NCBI GenBank assembly: GCA_041672985.1
Contig: JBAYYO010000001.1
Coordinates: 1 to 46,311, forward strand
Direction: 5' to 3'
From: Syntrophomonas sp.
GTDB lineage: Bacteria > Bacillota > Syntrophomonadia > Syntrophomonadales > Syntrophomonadaceae
Length of the DNA: 46,311 bases
Below are positions 35,940 to 45,289 of the stretch, piece by piece (the stretch's first letter is position 1; each line of letters starts with the position of its first letter). Below the pieces are notes generated by a model, which was given only the letters and a program-made list of their open reading frames with translations, did not search any database and had not been told where the DNA came from. The position numbers and the translations under genes are program-made.

Positions 35940-36749
35940 ATGACAGATGACTTGAGCATTGTTCTTAAACCCATTGGAGTAGTTAGATCCGAAATGATTG
36001 ATCCCAATGACGTCCCTATTCCCGGACAACCGTCCCGGGTAGAAATTTTTCCGCAATATAGTCAGGCGCTACACCGAATTGAGGAAAACTCACATCTATG
36101 GCTCTTGTTGTGGTTTCACAAATCAGATCGCAATTGCCTAGTTACGGTACCCCGCCGGGTAAATCCGAATCTGCCCGAATATGGGGTCTTCGGACTAAGA
36201 TCACCCAATCGTCCTAATCCCATCGCCTTATCTTTAGTGCGTTTGAATTCAGTGGCAGGCAATATCCTCCAGGTGGGTGGTCTGGACGCAATTGATGGGA
36301 CACCCGTGCTGGATATAAAATCTTACTACGAGCAAGACATAATATTTTCACCCCAAACGCCTTATATCCGGGCTCATAATCCTGTTATGCGTCGCAATAT
36401 ATTCTTAAAGCAAGCCCTTTCCCACCATCAGGAAGAATGTCCGGATCTATTTATGGCTATTCGTATGGCCCTGGCAGCCGATGAATATATGGGGCATATT
36501 AATCGGCCGGATTTAAAACTCACGATAACCGGTTCGGCTTGTCTCGCCGATACCTTACAGGGGTTGAGTCGGGCCAGACTGGCTAACCCTCCACGATTTG
36601 CCTTTCAGGAGACAGCTGCACTGCCGGTCAGTGTTTGGACGGATAGCAGACACAGCCTGAAGATAGAAGCGCGCTGCCACCTTAACCAGATAACATTCAC
36701 CGAGCTTGCCGATGAGGATCTTTTCAGTATTAATTTTAAGGAATTATAG
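35940..36749 (+). CDS. Fusion protein: N-terminal TsaA/TrmO-like (UPF0066) domain plus C-terminal FmdE/FwdE-like domain
   Basis: The N-terminal part reads VLKPIGVVRSE...GVFGLRSPNRPNPIALSLVRL...GLDAIDGTPVLDIKSYY, the TsaA/YaeB signature. The C-terminal ~130 aa begin FLKQALSHHQEECPDLFMAIRMALAA, resembling the FmdE 'fHGHlCPGlaiGyRaa' motif. I prefer the ATG at 35940 over the TTG at 35928. Confidence 0.68.
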   Translation: MTDDLSIVLKPIGVVRSEMIDPNDVPIPGQPSRVEIFPQYSQALHRIEENSHLWLLLWFHKSDRNCLVTVPRRVNPNLPEYGVFGLRSPNRPNPIALSLVRLNSVAGNILQVGGLDAIDGTPVLDIKSYYEQDIIFSPQTPYIRAHNPVMRRNIFLKQALSHHQEECPDLFMAIRMALAADEYMGHINRPDLKLTITGSACLADTLQGLSRARLANPPRFAFQETAALPVSVWTDSRHSLKIEARCHLNQITFTELADEDLFSINFKEL

Positions 36750-36940
36750 GTTCGAAAGGAGTCGGTCCAGAATCTCCATAAAATAAATGAGGCCTTGCTT
36801 AGATACTGTGGGACATAATAATTACCAACTCCAGGCTTGAAGCCTGTCTTCTCTACCGGGCTTGCAGATATACTCGCACAACTGGTATTATTTAATTGAT
36901 TTTGAGCGAAATATATCTGAATAGAAGCAGGGAGGAAACC

Positions 36941-37513
36941 ATGCATAACAAACCTATAGACAAGGAGAAGATCGAAGCCGCCTTCCGACAAATTCTGGAA
37001 GCCCTGGGGGAAGACCCGGAACGGGAAGGATTGGCCCAAACTCCCAAGAGAGTAGCCCGGATGTATGAAGAAATCTTCTCCGGTATGAACAGCGAACCAA
37101 AGAATTATCTGGATGTGTCTTTTACCGAATATCATGATGAGCTAATCCTGGTAAAAGATATTCCTATGTATTCTATGTGTGAACATCATTTTCTGCCCTT
37201 TTACGGTTGGGCCCACGTTGCCTATATACCCAAAGGCGGTAAGGTAGTAGGAATAAGCAAACTGGCCCGAGTAGTCGAATCCTATGCAAGACGACCGCAG
37301 CTGCAAGAACGACTTACTTCCCAAATTGCGGATTGTATCTTTACGGAGTTAAAACCGATGGGGGTAGGAGTGGTAATTCAAGCTGAGCATATGTGTATGA
37401 CTATGCGGGGAGTCAAGAAACCGGGTTCTTTAACTGTAACATCGGCAGTTAGAGGCATTTTTGAAACCCGCCCTGAGACCCGAGCCGAACTATTCTCACT
37501 GATCCAGAGATAA
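36941..37513 (+). CDS. folE: GTP cyclohydrolase I (Zn-dependent FolE1)
   Basis: 190 aa from ATG 36941 (GGGAGGA 4 nt upstream). It contains [10 protein letters not shown] and [11 protein letters not shown]. Confidence 0.92.
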   Translation: MHNKPIDKEKIEAAFRQILEALGEDPEREGLAQTPKRVARMYEEIFSGMNSEPKNYLDVSFTEYHDELILVKDIPMYSMCEHHFLPFYGWAHVAYIPKGGKVVGISKLARVVESYARRPQLQERLTSQIADCIFTELKPMGVGVVIQAEHMCMTMRGVKKPGSLTVTSAVRGIFETRPETRAELFSLIQR

Positions 37514-37599
37514 TTTATGTCCGGTTTAGCCTGTCGTCTGCCAAACAACTGACCTAAATGAATATCAAAGCATGAGAAAAGTCCGCGATTAAGGCGTAT

Positions 37600-37630
37600 A
37601 AAAAGCACGTTAATTGAACGGGCTTTTTGA
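37600..37630 (+). terminator. Probable folE terminator
   Basis: aaaagcacg...cgggctttt, a 9-bp stem with one mismatch, running into TTTTT. Confidence 0.4.
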
Positions 37631-37658
37631 AATAACACAGAGATCCTGATTCGGTATT

Positions 37659-37703
37659 AAAAAAAATGACAGGCGGGTGAAGGTGCAGCATTATTACCCG
37701 CCT
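37659..37703 (-). terminator. Intrinsic terminator of the beta-oxidation operon
   Basis: An 8-bp stem aggcgggt/acccgcct, followed on the minus strand by T8. Confidence 0.7.
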
Positions 37704-37763
37704 ATCAAGAATATTGGAGGAGTTAATAAACAAAAAACATCAATTTACACTTTACCCTGCTGG

Positions 37764-39110
37764 TTAAACTATTTTGTTGCTTCTTACCCAGATTTTCATC
37801 TGTTGAGCTTCCTTGATCAGCTCATCGCGAAGATCAGGATGGGCTATATTGATCAATGCTTCCGCCCTTTGCCAGGTCGATTTGGCTTTGAGCATAGCTA
37901 TACCATACTCGGTGATTACATAGAAATTTATGCTCCGGGGTACGGTTACTATTGCTCCCGGGGTTAACGTCGGCCGAATTCTTGACTTTAGATTGCCATT
38001 CTTATCCTTGTAAGTGGCAGTCAGACATATCAAGCCTTTGCCGCCTTTGGAATCATAAGATCCGGAGATAAAGTCCAGCTGCCCGCCGGTTCCGGAGATA
38101 TGCCTGATCCCTGACGATTCTGAGGCCACCTGCCCGTACAGGTCAACCTCGATAGCATTATTGATGCCGATAACGTTGTCATTTTGGCTTATTACACAGG
38201 GATGATTGGTGTATTCTACCGGATAACTGGCACAGCAGGGATTACCATCCAGGAAGTTGTACAATTTATTGGTGCCCATGGCAAAGGTATATGCCATTTT
38301 GCGTTTATCCAGTTGTTTACGGAGGCCAGTAATGCGTCCAGCTTCATACATATCAACGAACGAGTCCACCAGCATCTCAGTGTGTACCCCCAGATCCTTA
38401 AGATCAGATTGAGCAATCATGGCACCGACGGCATTGGGCATGGCGCCAATGCCTAATTGCAAACAGGCTCCATCTTCGATCTCTTCCATAACCAGGGCCG
38501 CAATCTGCTTATCAATATCGGAAATAGGCAGTTCGGGCAGTTGAATCATGGGTTGGTTATCACCCTCAACGATATAGTCCACCTCGGAAATGTGAATAGA
38601 TTCCCTATTCCCTCCCAGACAAATGGGCACCGTTTCATTTACTTCAATGATGACTGTTTTAGCGGCATCGCAAACACTGGGGGTAAAAGAATTTGAGGTT
38701 CCGAAATTGAAGAAACCATGTTTATCCATAGAGGATACCTTAATCAGAGCCACATCTGTTTCTACATAACCCCGGGCATAGAAGCTGGGACCCTCATGGT
38801 AAGTCAAGGGTATATAATTACAGAGATCTTTATCATGCAACTTGCGGCTGGCGCCACTCATATGCCAGTCATTGTAAATAAAATGCTTTCTCTCTGGATC
38901 AGCCAGAACCGCTTTCGGCGGGAAGGGGCAAGTAGTAGTCCGAATATTAACATTCTCCAGTTCATCAACCCTTCTGGCCAGGGCCGCATCCAGGTAAGCA
39001 GAGGTCATGACAAACTCACCGTAGTGTACCAGGTCACCTGATTTGACTACTTTCATGGCTTCATCAACGGGGGTTAGTTTACGTTGGTATTCTGCACTAT
39101 AATCAGCCAA
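37764..39110 (-). CDS. Acyl-CoA:acetate CoA-transferase of the acetyl-CoA hydrolase/transferase family (butyryl-CoA or 4-hydroxybutyrate CoA-transferase-like)
   Basis: 448 aa. The family signature GIGAMPNAV... and the catalytic-Glu region EVDLYGQVASES...GTGGQLDF are present. Confidence 0.86.
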   Translation of the reverse strand: MADYSAEYQRKLTPVDEAMKVVKSGDLVHYGEFVMTSAYLDAALARRVDELENVNIRTTTCPFPPKAVLADPERKHFIYNDWHMSGASRKLHDKDLCNYIPLTYHEGPSFYARGYVETDVALIKVSSMDKHGFFNFGTSNSFTPSVCDAAKTVIIEVNETVPICLGGNRESIHISEVDYIVEGDNQPMIQLPELPISDIDKQIAALVMEEIEDGACLQLGIGAMPNAVGAMIAQSDLKDLGVHTEMLVDSFVDMYEAGRITGLRKQLDKRKMAYTFAMGTNKLYNFLDGNPCCASYPVEYTNHPCVISQNDNVIGINNAIEVDLYGQVASESSGIRHISGTGGQLDFISGSYDSKGGKGLICLTATYKDKNGNLKSRIRPTLTPGAIVTVPRSINFYVITEYGIAMLKAKSTWQRAEALINIAHPDLRDELIKEAQQMKIWVRSNKIV

Positions 39111-39219
39111 TTAGATCCCTCCTCATCTAATAACATACCGTTAATTCTATTGCAAAGAACCAATATAACTTGGTGGCCAGATCAATCAAGTTTTGTTTCC
39201 GCCACCAGGTCTTTTCTCT

Positions 39220-40362
39220 CTAGCCTCTAAGCAGATCGCCTGCTATAACAAGTCTCTGCACTTCGCCGGTTCCTTCATAAATCTGGAATATCTTGGCATC
39301 CCGATAATACTTCTCAACTGGATAATCTTTGGTATAACCATAGCCGCCAAATACCTGTACAGCTTCGGTAGCACAGAATACTGCGGTGTCACCGGCAAAG
39401 GCTTTCGCCAGGGAAGCAGCCTTGCTGAACCGCGGCACGTCCATATCCTGTAAAGAAGATGCTTCCAAATAGAGCAGGCGGGAAGCCTCAATTCTCATAG
39501 CCATATCCGCCAGTTTGAATTGAATGGCCTGGAAGCTACAAATAGGTTTGCCGAACTGGGTGCGTAGTTTAGAGTATTCCAATGAAGCATCCAGACTAGC
39601 CTGGGCAACACCGGTGGCCATTGCGGCAATACTGGCCCGGGAAATATCCAAAGTCTTCATAATAATATAGAATCCCTTGCCTTCACTGCCCAGCAGGTTT
39701 TTGGCCGGAACCCGTACATCCTCAAATATTACTTCCGTAGTGTTGGAGGTTCTAATCCCCAGTTTGTCCTCGGTTTTGCCCACGGTTATACCCGGAGTAT
39801 CACGATCAATTATGAAAGCACACATACCCTTGGTACCCATTTTCTTGTCCAGGGTTGCCAGGAGGGTATATACTCCAGCGGTTCCACCATTACTGATAAA
39901 CTGTTTAACTCCGTTAATTACATATTCATCGCCCACCTTTACACATCTGGTGGAAAGGCCACCCGCGTCGGAACCTGCCCCGGGTTCAGTTAAACAGAAG
40001 GCTGCCAATTGGCCATCGTTTAACTTGCCATAAAAATCCTTCTTCTGCTCGTGATTGGCGGCAATCAGTACCGGGTCTGCCGCCAACAGGGTGCTGGCTA
40101 CCATAACAGTACCTATCCCGGCGTCGCCCCAGCATATTTCTTCGGCGACAATGTTTTGCGCTGCATGATCCAGCCCCGGTCCGCCATATTCAGCTGGAAC
40201 ACCTATGGTCATAAGTCCTACTTCATGCATCTTCTTGATGCAATCTTCGGGATAAATATGCTTATTATCCCATTCACTGGCAAAAGGAGCTATTTCATTG
40301 GCGGCAAAATCATGAGCCATTTTTTTCATCATTTCTTGTTCTTCACTTAAACGAAAATCCAT
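39220..40362 (-). CDS. Short/medium-chain acyl-CoA dehydrogenase (butyryl-CoA dehydrogenase-like)
   Basis: 380 aa from ATG 40362 (GGGGAGGA ribosome-binding site). MDFRLSEEQEMM... with C-terminal QIYEGTGEVQRLVIA. Confidence 0.92.
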   Translation of the reverse strand: MDFRLSEEQEMMKKMAHDFAANEIAPFASEWDNKHIYPEDCIKKMHEVGLMTIGVPAEYGGPGLDHAAQNIVAEEICWGDAGIGTVMVASTLLAADPVLIAANHEQKKDFYGKLNDGQLAAFCLTEPGAGSDAGGLSTRCVKVGDEYVINGVKQFISNGGTAGVYTLLATLDKKMGTKGMCAFIIDRDTPGITVGKTEDKLGIRTSNTTEVIFEDVRVPAKNLLGSEGKGFYIIMKTLDISRASIAAMATGVAQASLDASLEYSKLRTQFGKPICSFQAIQFKLADMAMRIEASRLLYLEASSLQDMDVPRFSKAASLAKAFAGDTAVFCATEAVQVFGGYGYTKDYPVEKYYRDAKIFQIYEGTGEVQRLVIAGDLLRG

Positions 40363-40422
40363 TATAATTCCTCCCCTTCGTTTATAGTTTAATTGACTGA
40401 CAATGGGTTTCATAAGAAGGGC

Positions 40423-41634
40423 TTATATATCTCTGGTCCAGAGTGAAGCCATCGCTGGCCCACCACCAACACAAAGGGAGGCTCCACCTACGGTCTTGCC
40501 CTGTTTCTCCAATTCATAATACAGGGATACAATGATCCGTAAGGCGGTGCATCCTACCGGGTGACCGAGACCAATACCGGAGCCATTAACATTAACCTTG
40601 CTCAGATCCATTTCGATGCCGAAATCTTCTTTAATCATCCTGCCGACACCCAGGAACTGGGCGGCAAAGGCTTCATTGATCTCCCAGTATTCTACGTCTT
40701 CATACTTCATGCCGGCTTCCTTTAGACATTTGGGAATTGCCACTGCCGGACCTAATCCCATAACTTCGGGAGCTACCCCTTCGGCACAGATGTTTATCAG
40801 TTTCATCAAGGGTTTTAAACCTAATTCCAGCGCTTTGGCTTTGGACATTACGATTACAGCAGCTGCCGCGTCATTAATACCGGAGGCATTGGCGGCTGTT
40901 ACGACCCCACCCTTTTTAAAGGCGGACGGCAGCTTGGACATGGCTTCAATGTTGGCATCAGGAATCATATGCTCATCTTTTTCATATAACTTGACGCCTT
41001 TTCTGGATTTGAGTTCCACCGGGACTATTTCCCGCTGGAAGGTTCCGTCTTCAGTAGCCCGGGTAGCACGTTGATGGCTTAGAAGTGCCAGTTGATCGCA
41101 TTCTTCACGAGTAATACCGTATTTTTCCGCAATATTCTCAGCAGTCAGGCCCATGTGCCCGGGAACCAGTTTATCGAATAGTCCGTCATGAATCATGGCA
41201 TCCTCCACGGAACCGGCGTTCATCCGATAACCCATTCTGGCTTTGGGAAGCATATAGGGGGCATTGGTCATACTCTCTACCCCTATAACCAGACCAATAT
41301 CGGTTTTGCCCAGTTGAATACGATTAATGGCTATTTCCAGAGCCCGCATCCCGGAGGCACAGTTCTGGTTTACGTTGCAGGCATTGCTGGTAACCGGGAG
41401 CCCGAGCGCCATACCGACCTGGCGAGCAGGAAGGGATCCCTGCATATGGGGATATACTTGACCCATTACGATTTCATCAATGGTATCCGCTGCTATTCCT
41501 GCTCTCTTGATGGCTTCTTTGCCCACCCCTATGGCCAAATCTAAAGCTTGTACGTCTTTAAGGCTGCCCATAAACCTTGCTATTGGTGTTCTGCAGGCAC
41601 TAACGATTACAACATCTTGTATTTCTTTCATCAT
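40423..41634 (-). CDS. Acetyl-CoA C-acetyltransferase (thiolase II)
   Basis: The active-site contexts are NQNCASGMRA, GHPVGCTALR and LCVGGG. Confidence 0.93.
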   Translation of the reverse strand: MMKEIQDVVIVSACRTPIARFMGSLKDVQALDLAIGVGKEAIKRAGIAADTIDEIVMGQVYPHMQGSLPARQVGMALGLPVTSNACNVNQNCASGMRALEIAINRIQLGKTDIGLVIGVESMTNAPYMLPKARMGYRMNAGSVEDAMIHDGLFDKLVPGHMGLTAENIAEKYGITREECDQLALLSHQRATRATEDGTFQREIVPVELKSRKGVKLYEKDEHMIPDANIEAMSKLPSAFKKGGVVTAANASGINDAAAAVIVMSKAKALELGLKPLMKLINICAEGVAPEVMGLGPAVAIPKCLKEAGMKYEDVEYWEINEAFAAQFLGVGRMIKEDFGIEMDLSKVNVNGSGIGLGHPVGCTALRIIVSLYYELEKQGKTVGGASLCVGGGPAMASLWTRDI

Positions 41635-41655
41635 ATTGCTGTCCTCCTAAATATA

Positions 41656-42438
41656 TTATTTATTCTGAAATACCGGTTTTCTCTTTTCCAGGAAAGCTCC
41701 CATACCTTCTTTCTGATCGAAGGTGGAGGAGCACATACCGAACATATCCGATTCTATACCCATGGCCGTATCCAGGTCGGCCTGCATTCCCTTACCAATT
41801 GCATATTTAGCGTATCCCACCGCCAGGGGTGCTTTTTTAGCAATCTTAGCGGCCATCTTCCTAGCTTCTTCCATTAATTGATCAGCAGGATATACATGGT
41901 TGACAAGTCCCAAGCGATAAGCTTCATCAGCCTTGATATTATCTGCTGTATAAGTAAGCTCTTTGGCCCTTCCTTCACCTATTAAACGGGGTAGACGCTG
42001 GGTGCCGCCGAAGCCGGGGATAACCCCCAGACCCACTTCGGGTTGGGCAAACAAGGCATTGTCTGCCGCCAGCCTAATATCACAAGCCATAGCCAACTCG
42101 CACCCGCCCCCCAGGGCAAACCCTTTAATAGCTGCTATAACAGGTTTCTCCATTATTTCCAGCATGCGCATGGTTTTCTCGCCATAGTCGGAGAATTCAC
42201 GTGCTTCCACACCGGATAAGGGCTGCATGTAGGCGATGTCAGCACCGGCCACGAATGCCTTGTCGCCGCTGCCAGTGATAATCATCACCCTTATAGCCTC
42301 ATCGGCGCTCACATCTTCTATAGCACTTCTAATCTCGGTTAATGTATCTTTATTCAGGGCATTTAAAGCTTTGGGACGGTTGATATAAAGGATCGCTAAA
42401 TAATCCTCTTTTTCAAGAATAATGTTTTCGTAGGCCAT
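41656..42438 (-). CDS. crt: Enoyl-CoA hydratase (crotonase)
   Basis: 260 aa of crotonase-fold sequence (FVAGADIAYM, GFALGGGCELAMACD). Confidence 0.9.
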   Translation of the reverse strand: MAYENIILEKEDYLAILYINRPKALNALNKDTLTEIRSAIEDVSADEAIRVMIITGSGDKAFVAGADIAYMQPLSGVEAREFSDYGEKTMRMLEIMEKPVIAAIKGFALGGGCELAMACDIRLAADNALFAQPEVGLGVIPGFGGTQRLPRLIGEGRAKELTYTADNIKADEAYRLGLVNHVYPADQLMEEARKMAAKIAKKAPLAVGYAKYAIGKGMQADLDTAMGIESDMFGMCSSTFDQKEGMGAFLEKRKPVFQNK

Positions 42439-42490
42439 GATTTTTCCCCCTCTCGTCAGATTGGCCTCTGATTCATTTATCTATCTGATA

Positions 42491-43339
42491 TCAATATTCA
42501 TAGAAACCCTTTTTGGTTTTCATCCCCAGCCAGCCAGCCCGGACATACTGTTTTAACAGTCCGGAGGGACGGTATTTGGGGTCTCCGGTTTCGTCATACA
42601 AGGTATTCATAACGGCCAGAGCAATGTCACCGCCTACCAGATCGCAGAGGGTAAGCGGTCCCATCGGCCATCCAGCCCCAAATTTCATAGCTGTATCAAT
42701 ATCTTCAGCGGTAGCCAGGCCTTCATAAAGGATGGCACAGCCTTCATTGATGGTAGGTACCAGGATACGGTTGACAACAAACCCCGGTCCTTCTTTAACC
42801 TTTACTGGTTTCTTGCCGATTTCTATGGAAAGATCAACCACCGTTTGTACGGTTTCGGCGGAGGTTTGCAGGGCAGGAATAACTTCAACCAATTTCATTA
42901 CATTGGCCGGGTTGAAGAAATGCATGCCTACGACTTTGTCTGGTCTTTTGGTTATGGCTGCTATTTCGGTAATGGAAAGAGATGATGTATTAGTGGCGAT
43001 TATTACTTCAGGTGCCAGCAAAGCGTCCAGTTTCGTGTAGACATCTTTTTTGACATCCATATTTTCGAAAACACCCTCGACTATGAAATCGACGTCTTTT
43101 AGGTCCTCGAATTTATCGGTTCCAAAAATATTTCCCAGTACAGCATCCTTGGTACCGGCAGCGGCTTTGCCTTTCTCTTCAGCCCTAGCCAGATTTTTGC
43201 CAATTGCATTTATGGCTCTATCGATAAATTCTTTTTTGATATCATAAAGTACTACCTTCTTGCCCGCAGCTGCCAGAGCCCAAGCGATACCCTGTCCCAT
43301 TGTTCCTGCACCCAACATCCCAATTTTGTTAATGGCCAT
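42491..43339 (-). CDS. hbd: 3-hydroxybutyryl-CoA dehydrogenase
   Basis: MAINKIGMLGAGTMGQGIA... I prefer ATG 43339 (GAGGAGG ribosome-binding site) over the ORF-track 43357. Confidence 0.92.
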   Translation of the reverse strand: MAINKIGMLGAGTMGQGIAWALAAAGKKVVLYDIKKEFIDRAINAIGKNLARAEEKGKAAAGTKDAVLGNIFGTDKFEDLKDVDFIVEGVFENMDVKKDVYTKLDALLAPEVIIATNTSSLSITEIAAITKRPDKVVGMHFFNPANVMKLVEVIPALQTSAETVQTVVDLSIEIGKKPVKVKEGPGFVVNRILVPTINEGCAILYEGLATAEDIDTAMKFGAGWPMGPLTLCDLVGGDIALAVMNTLYDETGDPKYRPSGLLKQYVRAGWLGMKTKKGFYEY

Positions 43340-43521
43340 TACTGTATACCTCCTCATCCTAAAATTATATCTAAAACAGCACCCAGAAAAATCTTCCCCC
43401 CTCTCATTTAATTTAGTATCTAAAACTAATCAAAATAGTAAAATATCCCTCTATATTGATATATAGTCAAAGCAAAGAATATGCCAAATATTCTAAATTA
43501 ATCCATCCATAGGCGTTAAAA

Positions 43522-43553
43522 GGCGACACACCTTGGTTTTAGAATGTGCCGCC
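43522..43553 (-). terminator. Terminator-like hairpin with no gene upstream of it
   Basis: Stem ggcgacaca / tgtgccgcc (9 bp, one mismatch) with a 14-nt loop. On the minus strand it is followed by TTTTAA. Confidence 0.35.
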
Positions 43554-43587
43554 TCAAAATTGCATTCAACTTTCATCAGACCGAGTA

Positions 43588-43800
43588 CGCCAAAATAGGA
43601 GAGTTGAGTGAATATTCGCGTGGTTAAAAAGCAGCTATAATTCCACTCTGGTAGGCTCTTCGTCAAAATAGGAGACCCATGCCTGTTTTCAAAGCATTAC
43701 CGTTTATTGTAAATCTTAATGGTAAAAGTCGCTGGAATACCGTCTTTTAGTCCACTCTATTATTACCCGCCGTCAACTTAGGTCTGCCAAAATAGAAGAG
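43588..43800 (+). repeat. Three dispersed direct copies of a 16-mer, CG(C/T)CAAAATAG(G/A)AGA(G/C)
   Basis: The copies are cgccaaaataggagag (43588-43603), cgtcaaaataggagac (43661-43676) and tgccaaaatagaagag (43785-43800), with pairwise identity of 14/16. Copies 2 and 3 are each preceded by 'ccactct'. Confidence 0.6.
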
Positions 43801-43942
43801 AAGCTCTGCAATCCCTATTGCATATCTCGGATGCAATTGAGAAAAACGAAATATTCATTCATAATATATATGAAGCCATTGAATGGGTAAAAAATGGAGG
43901 CCGAGTATTGCTTGTATCTGAAGTTGATAGGGAGGGGATAGC

Positions 43943-44407
43943 ATGGCATTTTTCAAGGAAACGTTAATAGGTAGAATCGGTATGGAAGAAAAAGACGGCT
44001 GCATAACCCATTTGTGGTTTGAAAATGATATAGTCCCCCAAAATTTAGAACAAGGCGAAACACCCCTCATTAAAGAAGCCTTCGAACAACTTGAGCTTTA
44101 TCTCAACGGGCAGTTAAAAGAATTCTCCGTACCGCTCCAGCCAGAAGGGACGCCCTTCATGCAAAGTGTATGGCAAAGGCTGCTGGAGGTTCCCTATGGT
44201 CAAACAGCCAGTTACAGGGATATCGCCACCGCTGTGGGAAATCCCCGGGCAGTGCGCGCCGTAGGGATGGCCAACCGCAGAAACCCCATCCCGATACTTA
44301 TTCCCTGCCATAGGATTATCGGTTCCCAAGGAGATCTGGTTGGTTATAGCAGTGGTCTGGATTTAAAAAGAAAACTATTAGATCTGGAAACCAAAGGTAA
44401 TAAGTAA
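43943..44407 (+). CDS. ogt: Methylated-DNA--protein-cysteine methyltransferase
   Basis: 154 aa with the active site IPCHRI and the helix-turn-wing segment YRDIATAVGNPRAVRAVG. Confidence 0.9.
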   Translation: MAFFKETLIGRIGMEEKDGCITHLWFENDIVPQNLEQGETPLIKEAFEQLELYLNGQLKEFSVPLQPEGTPFMQSVWQRLLEVPYGQTASYRDIATAVGNPRAVRAVGMANRRNPIPILIPCHRIIGSQGDLVGYSSGLDLKRKLLDLETKGNK

Positions 44408-44486
44408 GAATTACTGTGAAATAGCCAAGATACTTATACGCGCTAAGAGAAGGATAGATATTGCAGTTCATTTTTAGCCGTGGGCA

Positions 44487-45017
44487 TCAATTATCTATTA
44501 ATTTAAGCCCGTCAATACATCTTTTAGTAAGCTTTTGGTAGTGTTTAAGGCCCTCCTTGGACATAAGTATGTTTTTATCGCTCAAATCTTTCATAGTTGT
44601 AGCTGGATTTCCCATGGCTACTTTACGCGGCGGCACTACACGACCATTGGGAAGTAAACTCCCGGCCGCCAGTATACTTTCAGGACCTATTTCACATCCC
44701 ATGGAGACAATAGCGCCCATTCCTATCACGGCATATTCATTAATTATGCAAGGACCATGGACAATAGCGCCGTGACCTATGAGAACGTTGTCGTGGATAA
44801 TAGCTTCGGTGTTAATGTCAACATGAATAACGCAATTGTCCTGAACATTCGATCCCGAACCTATAATTATCCTCCCGAAGTCGCCTCTTATAACGGCACC
44901 AGCTCCCACCAAACACCCTTCCCCCAATACGACATCACCGATAACTACTGCGTCGGGATGCACAAATGTAGATTCTGGTATTGATGGCCTCTTCCCCTCG
45001 AATTCATATAGCGGCAT
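44487..45017 (-). CDS. Gamma-class carbonic anhydrase / left-handed beta-helix (hexapeptide, PaaY/YrdA-like) protein
   Basis: 176 aa with hexapeptide repeats throughout and His ligand contexts (IHVD..., GHGAIVHG). Confidence 0.85.
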   Translation of the reverse strand: MPLYEFEGKRPSIPESTFVHPDAVVIGDVVLGEGCLVGAGAVIRGDFGRIIIGSGSNVQDNCVIHVDINTEAIIHDNVLIGHGAIVHGPCIINEYAVIGMGAIVSMGCEIGPESILAAGSLLPNGRVVPPRKVAMGNPATTMKDLSDKNILMSKEGLKHYQKLTKRCIDGLKLIDN

Positions 45018-45289
45018 CTATAACCCTCCCCCCATTTTTTTACCATACCGTCTATGGTTTTATTAAGATTATACTTAAAATATGGTTGAGTCTTCTCTGG
45101 AAATCTTGCTATCATTATAATACATGTAGATTATTTGGATATACCACTTATTAAATGTCTTGCTATTTGCCTGGGGGAGGTTAGCCCAAACATAACCTTT
45201 GAAACTCGCTAGTAACCTTCCCGCCAGAGTGTTATTATTGAATCGATATGGTCGTGAAGTAAATAACAAAGGGAACGGAGTTGTTGGCT

